DNA from: an uncultured bacterium
GTDB lineage: Bacteria; Babelota; Babeliae; Babelales; Babelaceae
DNA: 64,000 nucleotides
Assembly: GCA_963711045.1 (NCBI GenBank)
Contig: CAVQCM010000002.1
Span: 12,218 to 76,217, forward strand
Reading direction: 5' to 3'
Below are positions 27,678 to 36,940 of the stretch, one piece after another (position 1 is the stretch's first letter; every line of letters starts with the position of its first letter). The notes beneath the pieces were generated by a model, which ran no database searches, was not told where the DNA came from, and was given only the letters and a program-made list of their open reading frames with translations. The translations under genes were made by a program, and so were the position numbers.

Positions 27678-28006
27678 ACAAACGAATAGCATATAGAGGA
27701 ATAGAAAGCACACCAGTGCTAGAAGAATTTATCAATTCACATCTTGAAAAAATTGAGCACCTGCTTGAGCATGAACCTACGCCGGTTACCATTGATGTTA
27801 TTTTAGAGCCATCTACGGTACATGCTCATCATCGGGTTGAGATTGTGGTTAAGACTCCCCATTATGATCTTGTTGCCCATCATGAAGGCCCAGAAATGTA
27901 TCAAGAAATTGATCGCGTTACCGATAAAATGATTAGAGAAATACGTAAAGCAAAAGAAAAGCGAATAGATCAACAAAAAAAGGGTGATTCTTTTAAAAGT
28001 GCGTAA
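27674..28006 (+). CDS. hpf: ribosome hibernation factor (HPF/YfiA/RaiA family, short form)
   Basis: 110 aa. The beta-alpha-beta-beta-beta-alpha pattern and length fit the S30AE family. ATGA overlap with the der stop. Confidence 0.8.
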   Translation: MNKRIAYRGIESTPVLEEFINSHLEKIEHLLEHEPTPVTIDVILEPSTVHAHHRVEIVVKTPHYDLVAHHEGPEMYQEIDRVTDKMIREIRKAKEKRIDQQKKGDSFKSA

Positions 28007-28010
28007 AATA

Positions 28011-28037
28011 AAAGGCCCCTTTTTGGGGCCTTCTTTT
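28011..28037. terminator. bidirectional intrinsic terminator (hpf / dsbD convergent)
   Basis: GGCCCC-TTTTT-GGGGCC, flanked by an A-run upstream and a T-run downstream. Confidence 0.7.
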
Positions 28038-28047
28038 ATTAGTGCAT

Positions 28048-29895
28048 TCAAGAACCAGCATGCTTTTCAGCTAACTCTCTCAAGGCTTGCTCTATACCTT
28101 CAAGACTCATCTGATCTATATCAATAGTCCATTTCTTAATAACAGTTTCGGTTGTAGGGTCAACTACTAAATAGGTAGGGAATCCAAGGATATACTCTTT
28201 ATATCTTTTTTTGATTTCTGTATAGGCAGCGGTATCTATATCAGATTCTATTTTTAGCAGGGTAAAGAGTGCCAAAGCATCTTGAATGCTAGCTTGGGCA
28301 AAGATTTGTTCATCAAGAGCTTTGCAGGAGGCACAATAGGATGCACCGATATCGATAAACATAAGGGTGTGATTTTGACGAGCCTGAGCGAGCGAGTTTA
28401 TATAATTATGGGTCCAGACTTGCTTTGTTTCATCAGGGAAAAAATGCTCAAGAACTGCTTTTACTCCTTGTACACCTAAGATAGTACCGATCACAATGAG
28501 GGAGACACCCATGACATTTTTATATCGCTTCATTCCTTTTGAGTCATACTGCTTGATTGTTACGAAGTAATAGATACCAAGCAGCACAAATACAAGCACC
28601 ACTACCCATACAAAAAGATACCACGGTAACAATCGCTCAAGGTGAGATACATGATACATGGCCATGGCAATGAGCATAATGCCAATGATCTTTTTGATTT
28701 CTACCATCCAGGCACCAGCTTTAGGAAGCATTTTGAGAGATCCTGAGAAGGTACCAATGATTAGCAGAGGAAGACTCGAACCGACACCAAACATAAACAG
28801 CAAGAAAAAACCTTCTAAGTAAGCTGCTAGCGATACGGTACTTATTTTGGCTACATAATTAAGAATAAGTACGAGCCCCGGAGATAAACAAGGTGAGGCA
28901 ACCGTACCACTTAGTGCACCAAAAATAAAGGCCGATTTTTTTGATCCTCCCTGAACGCTGGCTGTTTTTGGTTGTAGCCAAGTAGGTATAGGAAGCTGTA
29001 TCACGTCAAACATGGTCAAGCCAAAATAAAGCAGCACAAGGGCAAGTGGTATCACTAAATAGGGACTTCCCTGGAGTTCTCCAAAGACACAGCTTCCAAC
29101 GGCCGCAATCAGACCAAGAAGGGCAAAGGTTGTTGAAATACCCATAGTATAGCTGAGTGCTAACTTAAAGTTTTCCCAGCCAGATTTTGTGCCCGATGCT
29201 TGCAGTACCCCAATCGTGATCGGTATCATAGGATAAATGCAGGGAGTAAGGCTTAACAGAATTCCTAGCAAGAGGGCGGCTAGAATGCGCAATAGTTTTG
29301 AACCAGTCGTAGAAAATAAGCTTGATAATGCTTCTTTTGTCTGTGTAACTGTGACACTACTGTAGTTAAGGGTTTTTTGTATCAGGTTACCCACCAGTGA
29401 TGGTTGTTGGGGTTCACATTCAACCGTAGGCCCAATGGGTACTACTTTTTTTACCGTATTAGCCTGCATAGGCTGCTCTTCAGGTTGCTGAGGCAGGGTG
29501 AAGCTTAATGCAGTAATTTGTTCATGGGGCTGCTTGTCACTAGAAACCATAAAATGGGTATGAATAAGAGCATTTGGGACCTTTGCTGTAGGGGAAATAG
29601 TTGCCGTGCCAGTAAACGTGACGGTACCAGTATAGCCTTCTTTTTGTTTTTGATAGCTCTCGTCAAAAAAAGATACCGGTTGTGTACTCGTTGTAAGCGG
29701 GCTGAGCGTGACCTCTGGATTATTAATGCTCGGTAGAAGACTTTCTTTATAGAGGTACTCATTTTCTCCCAAGGTAAACGTGAGATTAATGTGTTGCTCA
29801 GTATCAGAGATTTTTTTCTGATCTTGAGTGACCTCATAGCTTAATAGTGATAGGGGAAGTAAGGCTGCAAGAGAGAAAAGGGCAGATAGTTTCAT
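28048..29895 (-). CDS. dsbD: thiol:disulfide interchange protein DsbD
   Basis: 615 aa. Signal peptide plus N-terminal periplasmic domain, a CcdA-like TM core with Cys in TPCIYPMIP and SPCLSPGL, and a C-terminal thioredoxin fold with CASC. Confidence 0.85.
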   Translation of the reverse strand: MKLSALFSLAALLPLSLLSYEVTQDQKKISDTEQHINLTFTLGENEYLYKESLLPSINNPEVTLSPLTTSTQPVSFFDESYQKQKEGYTGTVTFTGTATISPTAKVPNALIHTHFMVSSDKQPHEQITALSFTLPQQPEEQPMQANTVKKVVPIGPTVECEPQQPSLVGNLIQKTLNYSSVTVTQTKEALSSLFSTTGSKLLRILAALLLGILLSLTPCIYPMIPITIGVLQASGTKSGWENFKLALSYTMGISTTFALLGLIAAVGSCVFGELQGSPYLVIPLALVLLYFGLTMFDVIQLPIPTWLQPKTASVQGGSKKSAFIFGALSGTVASPCLSPGLVLILNYVAKISTVSLAAYLEGFFLLFMFGVGSSLPLLIIGTFSGSLKMLPKAGAWMVEIKKIIGIMLIAMAMYHVSHLERLLPWYLFVWVVVLVFVLLGIYYFVTIKQYDSKGMKRYKNVMGVSLIVIGTILGVQGVKAVLEHFFPDETKQVWTHNYINSLAQARQNHTLMFIDIGASYCASCKALDEQIFAQASIQDALALFTLLKIESDIDTAAYTEIKKRYKEYILGFPTYLVVDPTTETVIKKWTIDIDQMSLEGIEQALRELAEKHAGS

Positions 29896-29943
29896 GTTGG
29901 TTTGTCCTTGTTTGTTTTTGGTGCTACACTACCTTATATATGT

Positions 29944-30019
29944 GGGGCTGTAGCTCAGCTGGCAGAGCGCCTGGATGGCATTCAGGAGGTCAGGAGTTCG
30001 ACTCTCCTCAGCTCCACCA
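29944..30019 (+). tRNA. tRNA-Ala (anticodon GGC), encoded CCA
   Basis: GGGGCTGTAGCTCAGCTGGCAGAGCGCCTGGATGGCATTCAGGAGGTCAGGAGTTCGACTCTCCTCAGCTCCACCA. G3:U70 identity pair present. Confidence 0.9.
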
Positions 30020-30832
30020 TTATGATTCTTTTATAGTGATATTTCCACGCGTTGCTTCAAGAGTTATCGGTGCCGATGCACGTAATTTTTCCAGTTCTTC
30101 AGTATCTTTAAATTTACCTAAGACACCTACGATGTCTTTTTTAACACGATCAATCCAGTTTTTGTCCAGTTTTGTGGTAAGTATCATGGTGACAGGATGT
30201 TCACTTACTATGGTGCCTCGCTGAACGTTAGCAGTCAGGGTAGCCCGTGTTTCCCTTGGTAACGACAGGTCAATTGAACCTTTGTGCGCCTGTAAAAAAA
30301 TGCTGTTTGGCTCAACGAGTTTGCGTTGTTTTACGGTGATTTTGCCATTGCCTGTTTTTGCAATGACGGTTTTAGTTGAATCCTTTATATCAATTGATCC
30401 CGATTCGACTGACACATCAATATCTCCACTGATACCATTAATGGTGACGTTTCCTTTTGTTTGTGTTATTTTTACCGAGGCATCTTCTGGCACCCTAAGA
30501 GTATAGGTAACCTGTGCAGAAGAGCCTTCTTCTTTGAGTTGCGTGGTAATAGAAGCTTCTTTTCCTGATACTTTGCTCTTAATGAGGGTTTCTTTAAGTT
30601 GTTCAAGATTACCAACTTTTTCAACTTCAAGCGCAATCTTTTGTTGGTTCCACGGCTTAATAGTATATGATCCATTAGTATTAACAAGCGTAATATGGGA
30701 GTTTTTTTGGACAGGAATATCTTTCTTGATTTTTTCTACTTCATTCTTTTGCCAAAACTTAAAGTTGATACTATGGCAAGGAATATGGTATATCGTTATA
30801 ATAAGTAGGGGTAAAAAACGTAAGGTGTTCAT
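30020..30832 (-). CDS. exported DUF4097-like (putative adhesin, beta-helix) protein
   Basis: 270 aa with a signal peptide. Repeated G(N/S)(V/I)(T/D)I..(S/T)G.I.V motifs. The stop codon directly abuts the 3' end of tRNA-Ala. Confidence 0.65.
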   Translation of the reverse strand: MNTLRFLPLLIITIYHIPCHSINFKFWQKNEVEKIKKDIPVQKNSHITLVNTNGSYTIKPWNQQKIALEVEKVGNLEQLKETLIKSKVSGKEASITTQLKEEGSSAQVTYTLRVPEDASVKITQTKGNVTINGISGDIDVSVESGSIDIKDSTKTVIAKTGNGKITVKQRKLVEPNSIFLQAHKGSIDLSLPRETRATLTANVQRGTIVSEHPVTMILTTKLDKNWIDRVKKDIVGVLGKFKDTEELEKLRASAPITLEATRGNITIKES

Positions 30833-32303
30833 AAGTAAATCCTTTTAGTAAAAGTATCGTACCATGAAGTCTACACAAATTTTGCCAAAAGTTGAATTGG
30901 CACTTACACATCTTCTTAAGCACCATGAGGTGATACCTCGAATCGTACGTCATATAGAAAATGCAGGTGGCACTGCTTACTTAGTAGGTGGTGCCGTACG
31001 AGATCTTATCTTAGGAAGAAGGGTACTTGATATCGATATCGAGGTGCATGGCCTTTCACTAGATCAGCTAAGCGATATTTTGTCACAGGAGGGACCAGTT
31101 TCGTATGTTGGTAAATCATTTGGTATCCTTAAGTTGCATGGGACAGAAACAGACTGGGCACTTCCTCGTACAGATACTTCTGGTAGAAAGCCAGTCGTAC
31201 ATCTTGATCCACATATGGGTATTTATGAAGCGCTCAGACGACGAGATCTTACCATGAATGCCCTGGCTATAAACCTTGCTACCTTTGAGTTTATTGATCC
31301 TTTTCATGGCCTTGATGATATTACAGCGAAAGTACTACGATCGCCGGATCTTCAGTTTTTCACCGAAGATCCGCTGCGTTTTTATCGCGTCATGCAATTT
31401 ATTGGACGCTTTGAGATGTATCCTGATGTTGCCCTTAATGAGAAATGTACTCATATGGACATTTCTACTGTTTCAATCGAACGGATAGAATATGAATTTG
31501 AGAAGCTTTTACTTAAAAGTAAGTGGCCTTCGTTAGGTATTCGATGGCTTCATGATATACATCGGCTTGCCGATATCCTTCCAGAACTGGCTCACTGTGT
31601 TACCACACAGCAAGATCCAAAATGGCACCCAGAAGGAACGGTGTATGAGCATCTTATGCAAACGGTTGATGCTGCTGCGCAGTTAGATCTAGCAACCAAA
31701 GATAAAAATCTGACGTTGCGGTATGCAGCACTTACCCATGATCTTGGTAAGGTCTCTACCACCATTGTAAAAGACGGACATATTAAAAGTCCTGGTCATG
31801 CCCAGGCAGGAGCTATCTATGCCCAGGCATTGTTAAAACGCATTACACGCAAAGTAAAACTTATAAAAGCTGTCGTGCTGCTAGTTAAATACCATATGGA
31901 ACCCAGCGGATTTATAAAACAAAACGCCGGGTTAGCTGCCTATAAACGATTAGCATTTAAGTTAGCAACATATACTTCTCTTGAGATGTTGGCTACATTA
32001 GCATTAGTTGATCGGCGAGGGCGTAATGCAGATGGTCCAATGCCATTAACGATAACGCCACCTTTTATTGTAGAATTTCTCAAAAAGGCTGAAAAAGCAG
32101 GTGCTCTGTTTGAGCCTGAAAAACAGATTTTGCAAGGTAGGGATATCGTGGACCTTGTCAAACCAGGCCCATTGATGGGTAAGCTGCTTTCATTTGCTTT
32201 TGAACATCAAATAGAAGAAGGAATTCAAGATAAAGAAACGTTGAAAAAAATGGTGGTTAAGCGACTTAAGCAGCTGAAAAAAAGCCGGGATATATCTTGA
32301 TGG
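30384..32303. repeat. segmental duplication, copy A (~1.92 kb)
   Basis: Colinear with 35021-36940 at a constant offset of 4637 nt with no indels seen. Covers the 5' 450 nt of the DUF4097 gene, the 31-bp divergent spacer and the whole cca gene. Confidence 0.9.
30864..32300 (+). CDS. cca: CCA-adding tRNA nucleotidyltransferase with HD domain, copy 1
   Basis: 478 aa. Pol-beta NTase motif GGAVRDLILGR..LDIDIEV, RRDLTMNA, HD motif LRYAALTHDLGK. Confidence 0.85.
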   Translation: MKSTQILPKVELALTHLLKHHEVIPRIVRHIENAGGTAYLVGGAVRDLILGRRVLDIDIEVHGLSLDQLSDILSQEGPVSYVGKSFGILKLHGTETDWALPRTDTSGRKPVVHLDPHMGIYEALRRRDLTMNALAINLATFEFIDPFHGLDDITAKVLRSPDLQFFTEDPLRFYRVMQFIGRFEMYPDVALNEKCTHMDISTVSIERIEYEFEKLLLKSKWPSLGIRWLHDIHRLADILPELAHCVTTQQDPKWHPEGTVYEHLMQTVDAAAQLDLATKDKNLTLRYAALTHDLGKVSTTIVKDGHIKSPGHAQAGAIYAQALLKRITRKVKLIKAVVLLVKYHMEPSGFIKQNAGLAAYKRLAFKLATYTSLEMLATLALVDRRGRNADGPMPLTITPPFIVEFLKKAEKAGALFEPEKQILQGRDIVDLVKPGPLMGKLLSFAFEHQIEEGIQDKETLKKMVVKRLKQLKKSRDIS

Positions 32304-32351
32304 TAACGGTAGATTTATTCACATAGGAAGCTAGGGCTCATTATACTGATG

Positions 32352-32621
32352 TTAGATAAAAGGTCCGACAAAATGGCCTATCGAGTCAGCAATCTCTTTA
32401 GAGTATGCTGCTTGAGAGTTGCCGTCACCTTCTTTGCAGTCACTCTCTTTGTATAGAAAAAGCTTCTGGAAGTTTACATACCTGCGATACCATAAAGGAT
32501 TTTGGGCTGGACATGAAAAAGAGTCAATGCATTAGATTTGAAGTTATATTTCTATATCCTTAAGCTTTTTATTCAGTTGGAGAATGTTGTCGGCAACCAC
32601 AAATATTATTGAATTATTCAT
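32352..32621 (-). pseudogene. candidate decayed small gene (two in-frame stops)
   Basis: A strong Shine-Dalgarno sequence (AGAGGTGA) precedes ATG at 32619-32621. The 25 codons end at TAA. The same frame reopens after two stops and runs 59 more codons (CIDSFSCPAQNPLWY...GHFVGPFI*). Confidence 0.3.
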
Positions 32622-32905
32622 AATTCACCTCTTTCGTATCTTTATTAAATGGCCAGTTTAAAAAAAATCACAAACCCTTGCTTTTTTTTAAATGAGTATA
32701 GTAGAATGAATGCGTACCTGCTATACAAGGAGACCGAAGGTTAGCACATAAGCATGATGGTGCAACAATTAGAATCTAAGTTTACGATGCTCTACCAAGG
32801 ATATCTTTGTGGAAATAGGGAAGAAAGCTACCGTGGGGGTAGCTGAAAACATTACCAAACAGCCTAGAAAAAGGCTGTATTACTTCATCTAACAGAGGAG
32901 AACAA

Positions 32906-34717
32906 ATGATGAAGAAGTTTATTCAATTATTTAGCTTGGCTCTTTTGGTGTCGCCAGTATGTGCTAAGAAGAATAAAGACCATGGGCGTAAGAAGAAGGA
33001 GCATCCTTGTATCGATTGGAATACTTTTTGCTTCCAAGGGTGTACAATGCCTGCTTCCGCAGTAATTGACCCAACTGATCCAACACAGAGAGATAAATAT
33101 GACAAAATGCGCAAATTGCAGTTGAGTACTTTCGAGCTGTGCCTTCAGGAAAATATTGGTCATTATATAGATATGGGTGACCAAATTTACTCAGATGAAA
33201 CTCTACGTTCTGGTGTTCCTGTACACTTTGGGTATATTGTAGATTACATTGATGCTAATGCTCTGTATTTTCTTTATGTTGATCCTGCTACTAATCAGGT
33301 ATATCCTGAATATCAAGATGTTGCATTAGTTATCTATAACCCCCTATTTAATGAAGATACATTGTGGCTTCTAAAAACTCCTCGGTATTATGATGCCCTT
33401 TACCCTAATGGCATAGATAATTTGCTTGAGAACAAAAAGTTCCAATGGAAAGAGCTCATGAATACGAAAACGGCGCGACAATTGCGTTCTCGTATCGGAT
33501 CACGTAACTTTTTGTATTGTCCTGATGATCATGATTGGGAAATAAGTGATACAGCTGACTCACTAAGTGTAATTGCTCAACAAACATATGCTTTGGCTGA
33601 AAAATATATGTTTAATAATGATCGATGTCATCCTCAAGTTATTCAGATGAATGAACGAAGGAAAAAAGGAAATGATAATCCCGGATTTTACTATACTGTT
33701 GCCTATGAACTGTACCCTGGTAAGTTTGTACAGCTTGTTGGTTTCGATGAACGAACCCAGGCGATTGGTTCTGTTATACAAATGAGAAGAGATAGAACGA
33801 CTGGTGAAATCACCTATTATGCTATGGCTAATTCTGGAGGAAATAACTATAATCCATTACTACCCCCTGAAGTTGCAGAAATGTTTACGCGCACCTATGC
33901 TAAACAGGCTACCACTCTTGGTAAAAACCAACTACTCTGGTTACGAGATGTGCTTCAAAAAGATGGAAAAGTTCCTGCGTATAGTAAAGAAGGCAAATAT
34001 CTAGGCTATTCGCTCAATCAAGACCAAATCTATTTCAGATGTTTGATTGGAAATACGACATTAATTTCTGGGGCAGGGTTTCGAGATAGATTGTCTACTC
34101 AAGAAACCTCTATTTTATATCATCTCTTTAATGGAGGTGACATCGTAGATGATCCAAACGGTGTGGTAACACCGATTGATCCTCTAAACTATGAAGGTAA
34201 AGAGGCAGTAAGGGGTATTCTTTGCTTAGAAAGTGGTAACCATCATTTTGATGGCTTCAGAACCGATAGTTCAACACCATTAAATCAAACTGTTGAACCA
34301 GATATTAATGGCATTATCCCACCATATACAATTTATAGTTATGCAATGTCAAACTGGACGAGTGATGAAGGTGTTGTTGGACCAATTACCTTGAATAGTA
34401 TTAATACACTCGATTCTGCAGCGGCATTCCGTTACGACGAACGCTTTAGACGTACCTTTACTACTGGTGATTATATCAATCAACCATCTGCTATAACAAT
34501 AACTTTTGATTTAGAAAAGGATGGATTTGAGAAAGCCTTTGTAAAAGCTGTTTCATGGGGTAATCAAAATATATTCCCACAGCAAACAGACTCCCCAGAG
34601 TATGTATTAGACAACTCAGCATTTAATGTTAAGCCATATAGCTTAATGGAAGATACATTAGTCTATGAACAGTTGCGAAAAGCTCCAGCAGCTGTAACTG
34701 CCGCTGACAAGGAGTAA
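32906..34717 (+). CDS. secreted putative metallophosphatase (PhoD-like)
   Basis: 603 aa. GAGGAG Shine-Dalgarno sequence and signal peptide. The metallophosphatase-like motifs MGDQIYSDE and CPDDHDWEISD resemble PhoD GDxIY / DDHE. The assignment is tentative. Confidence 0.55.
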   Translation: MMKKFIQLFSLALLVSPVCAKKNKDHGRKKKEHPCIDWNTFCFQGCTMPASAVIDPTDPTQRDKYDKMRKLQLSTFELCLQENIGHYIDMGDQIYSDETLRSGVPVHFGYIVDYIDANALYFLYVDPATNQVYPEYQDVALVIYNPLFNEDTLWLLKTPRYYDALYPNGIDNLLENKKFQWKELMNTKTARQLRSRIGSRNFLYCPDDHDWEISDTADSLSVIAQQTYALAEKYMFNNDRCHPQVIQMNERRKKGNDNPGFYYTVAYELYPGKFVQLVGFDERTQAIGSVIQMRRDRTTGEITYYAMANSGGNNYNPLLPPEVAEMFTRTYAKQATTLGKNQLLWLRDVLQKDGKVPAYSKEGKYLGYSLNQDQIYFRCLIGNTTLISGAGFRDRLSTQETSILYHLFNGGDIVDDPNGVVTPIDPLNYEGKEAVRGILCLESGNHHFDGFRTDSSTPLNQTVEPDINGIIPPYTIYSYAMSNWTSDEGVVGPITLNSINTLDSAAAFRYDERFRRTFTTGDYINQPSAITITFDLEKDGFEKAFVKAVSWGNQNIFPQQTDSPEYVLDNSAFNVKPYSLMEDTLVYEQLRKAPAAVTAADKE

Positions 34718-34782
34718 CAACCTGTATCTATATACTAGTACTGACGCTCTCACTAGTTGAGCATATTAGTCTATAACTATGG

Positions 34783-34817
34783 CATGAGACCTCTTTAACA
34801 AATGGAGAGGTCTCATG
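34783..34817 (+). terminator. hairpin downstream of the PhoD-like gene
   Basis: Perfect 12-bp stem CATGAGACCTCT/AGAGGTCTCATG with an 11-nt loop. Weak T-tract. Confidence 0.4.
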
Positions 34818-34920
34818 TCATTTAGCGGATGACAATTAATAGGTATGATTGAAGAAATTTCCGAGTCTTAAATCATTATGTTCATAATGGTAAAAAGAAG
34901 AGAGAAAAAGGAGCTGATTG

Positions 34921-35020
34921 TATGTTAAAAAAAGAGCCGGGATTAAACCCGGCTCATACATTATTATTCGTTTGTTGAAGTCAAGCTGCCGAATGAGGAT
35001 AGCAGGCTTTTAGCAAATCC
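34921..35020 (-). pseudogene. 3'-terminal remnant (last ~18 codons plus terminator) of a paralog of the 38048-38746 gene
   Basis: About 85% identical by eye to 38014-38110. Encodes GFAKSLLSSFGSLTSTNE* versus GFAKSLLSSFNSLTSTNE*, and carries the matching GAGCCGGG...CCCGGCTC hairpin. Confidence 0.65.
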
Positions 35021-35469
35021 TATATATCAATCGATCCCGATTCGACTGACACATCAATATCTCCACTGATACCATTAATGGTGACGTTTCCTTTCGTTTG
35101 TGTTATTTTTACCGAGGCATCTTCTGGCACCCTAAGGGTATAGGTAACCTGTGCAGAAGAGCCTTCTTCTTTGAGTTGCGTGGTAATAGATGCTTCTTTT
35201 CCTGATACTTTACTCTTAATAAGGGTTTCTTTAAGTTGTTCAAGATTACCAACTTTTTCAACTTCAAGCGCAATCTTTTGTTGGTTCCATGGCTTAATAG
35301 TATATGATCCATTAGTATTAACAAGCGTAATATGGGAGTTTTTTTGGACAGGAATATCTTTCTTGATTTTTTCTACTTCATTCTTTTGCCAAAACTTAAA
35401 GTTGATACTATGGCAAGGAATATGGTATATCGTTATAATAAGTAGGGGTAAAAAACGTAAGGTGTTCAT
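35020..35469 (-). pseudogene. 5'-truncated-copy of DUF4097 gene (N-terminal 149 codons only)
   Basis: Identical or near-identical to the first 149 codons of 30020-30832. The frame ends in TAG exactly at the duplication junction. Confidence 0.7.
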
Positions 35470-36940
35470 AAGTAAATCCTTTTAGTAAAAGTATCGTACC
35501 ATGAAGTCTACACAAATTTTGCCAAAAGTTGAATTGGCACTTACACATCTTCTTAAGCACCATGAGGTGATACCTCGAGTCGTACGTCATATAGAAAATG
35601 CAGGTGGCACTGCTTACTTAGTAGGTGGTGCCGTACGAGATCTTATCTTAGGAAGAACGGTACTTGATATCGATATCGAGGTGCATGGCCTTTCACTTGA
35701 AAAGCTCAGTGATATTTTGTCACAGGAGGGACCTGTTTCGTACGTTGGTAAATCATTTGGTATCCTTAAATTGCATGGGACAGAAACAGACTGGGCACTT
35801 CCTCGTACAGATACTTCTGGTAGAAAGCCAGTCGTACATCTTGATCCACATATGGGTATCTATGAAGCGCTCAGACGACGAGATCTTACCATGAATGCCC
35901 TGGCTATAAACCTTGCTACCTTTGAGTTTATTGATCCTTTTCATGGCCTTGATGATATTACAGCGAAAGTACTACGATCGCCGGATCTTCAGTTTTTCAC
36001 CGAAGATCCGCTGCGTTTTTATCGCGTCATGCAATTTATTGGACGCTTTGAGATGTATCCTGATGCTGCCCTTAATGAGAAATGTACTCATATGGACATT
36101 TCTACTGTTTCAATCGAACGGATAGAATATGAATTTGAGAAGCTTTTACTTAAAAGTAAGCGGCCTTCGTTAGGTATTCGATGGCTTCATGATATACATC
36201 GGCTTGCCGATATTCTTCCAGAACTGGCTCACTGTGTTACCACACTGCAGGATCCAAAATGGCACCCAGAAGGAACGGTGTATGAGCATCTTATGCAAAC
36301 GGTTGATGCTGCTGCTCAGTTAGATCTAATGACCAAAGATAAAAATCTTACGTTACGGTATGCAGCTCTTACTCATGATCTTGGTAAGGTCTCTACCACC
36401 ATTGTAAAAGACGGACATATTAAAAGTCCTGGTCATGCCCAGGCAGGAGCTATCTATGCCCAGGCATTGTTAAAACGCATTACACGCAAAGTAAAACTTA
36501 TAAAAGCTGTCGTGCTGCTAGTTAAATACCATATGGAACCCAGCGGATTTATAAAACAAAATGCAGGATTAGCTGCCTATAAACGATTAGCATTTAAGTT
36601 AGCAACATATACCTCTCTTGAGATGTTGGCTACCTTAGCATTAGTTGATCGGCGAGGGCGTAATGCAAATGGTCCAATGCCATTAACGATAACGCCATCT
36701 TTTATTGTAGAATTTCTCAATAAGGCTGAAAAAGCAGGTGCTCTGTTTGAGCCTGAAAAACAGATTTTGCAGGGTAGAGATATCATGGATCTTGTTAAAC
36801 CAGGCCCATTGATGGGTAAGCTGCTATCATTTGCTTTTGAGCATCAAATAGAAGAAGGGATTCGGGATAAAGAATCGTTAAAAAAACTGGTGGTTAAGCG
36901 ACTTAAGCAGCTGAAAAAAAGCCGAGATACATCTTGATAG
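35021..36940. repeat. segmental duplication, copy B (~1.92 kb)
   Basis: See copy A. Scattered substitutions only. 16 amino-acid differences between the two 478-aa cca products. Confidence 0.9.
35501..36937 (+). CDS. cca: CCA-adding tRNA nucleotidyltransferase with HD domain, copy 2
   Basis: Full-length 478 aa with all catalytic motifs retained. Differs from copy 1 at 16 positions (for example I27V, R53T, W221R, A276M, D400N). Confidence 0.85.
   Translation: MKSTQILPKVELALTHLLKHHEVIPRVVRHIENAGGTAYLVGGAVRDLILGRTVLDIDIEVHGLSLEKLSDILSQEGPVSYVGKSFGILKLHGTETDWALPRTDTSGRKPVVHLDPHMGIYEALRRRDLTMNALAINLATFEFIDPFHGLDDITAKVLRSPDLQFFTEDPLRFYRVMQFIGRFEMYPDAALNEKCTHMDISTVSIERIEYEFEKLLLKSKRPSLGIRWLHDIHRLADILPELAHCVTTLQDPKWHPEGTVYEHLMQTVDAAAQLDLMTKDKNLTLRYAALTHDLGKVSTTIVKDGHIKSPGHAQAGAIYAQALLKRITRKVKLIKAVVLLVKYHMEPSGFIKQNAGLAAYKRLAFKLATYTSLEMLATLALVDRRGRNANGPMPLTITPSFIVEFLNKAEKAGALFEPEKQILQGRDIMDLVKPGPLMGKLLSFAFEHQIEEGIRDKESLKKLVVKRLKQLKKSRDTS

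Noticed and set aside
34903-34977. An 18-codon ORF with an AAGGAG Shine-Dalgarno sequence (MLKKEPGLNPAHTLLFVC*).
   Set aside because: It is made almost entirely of the remnant terminator hairpin and the reverse complement of the paralog's 3' end. It is most likely fortuitous.
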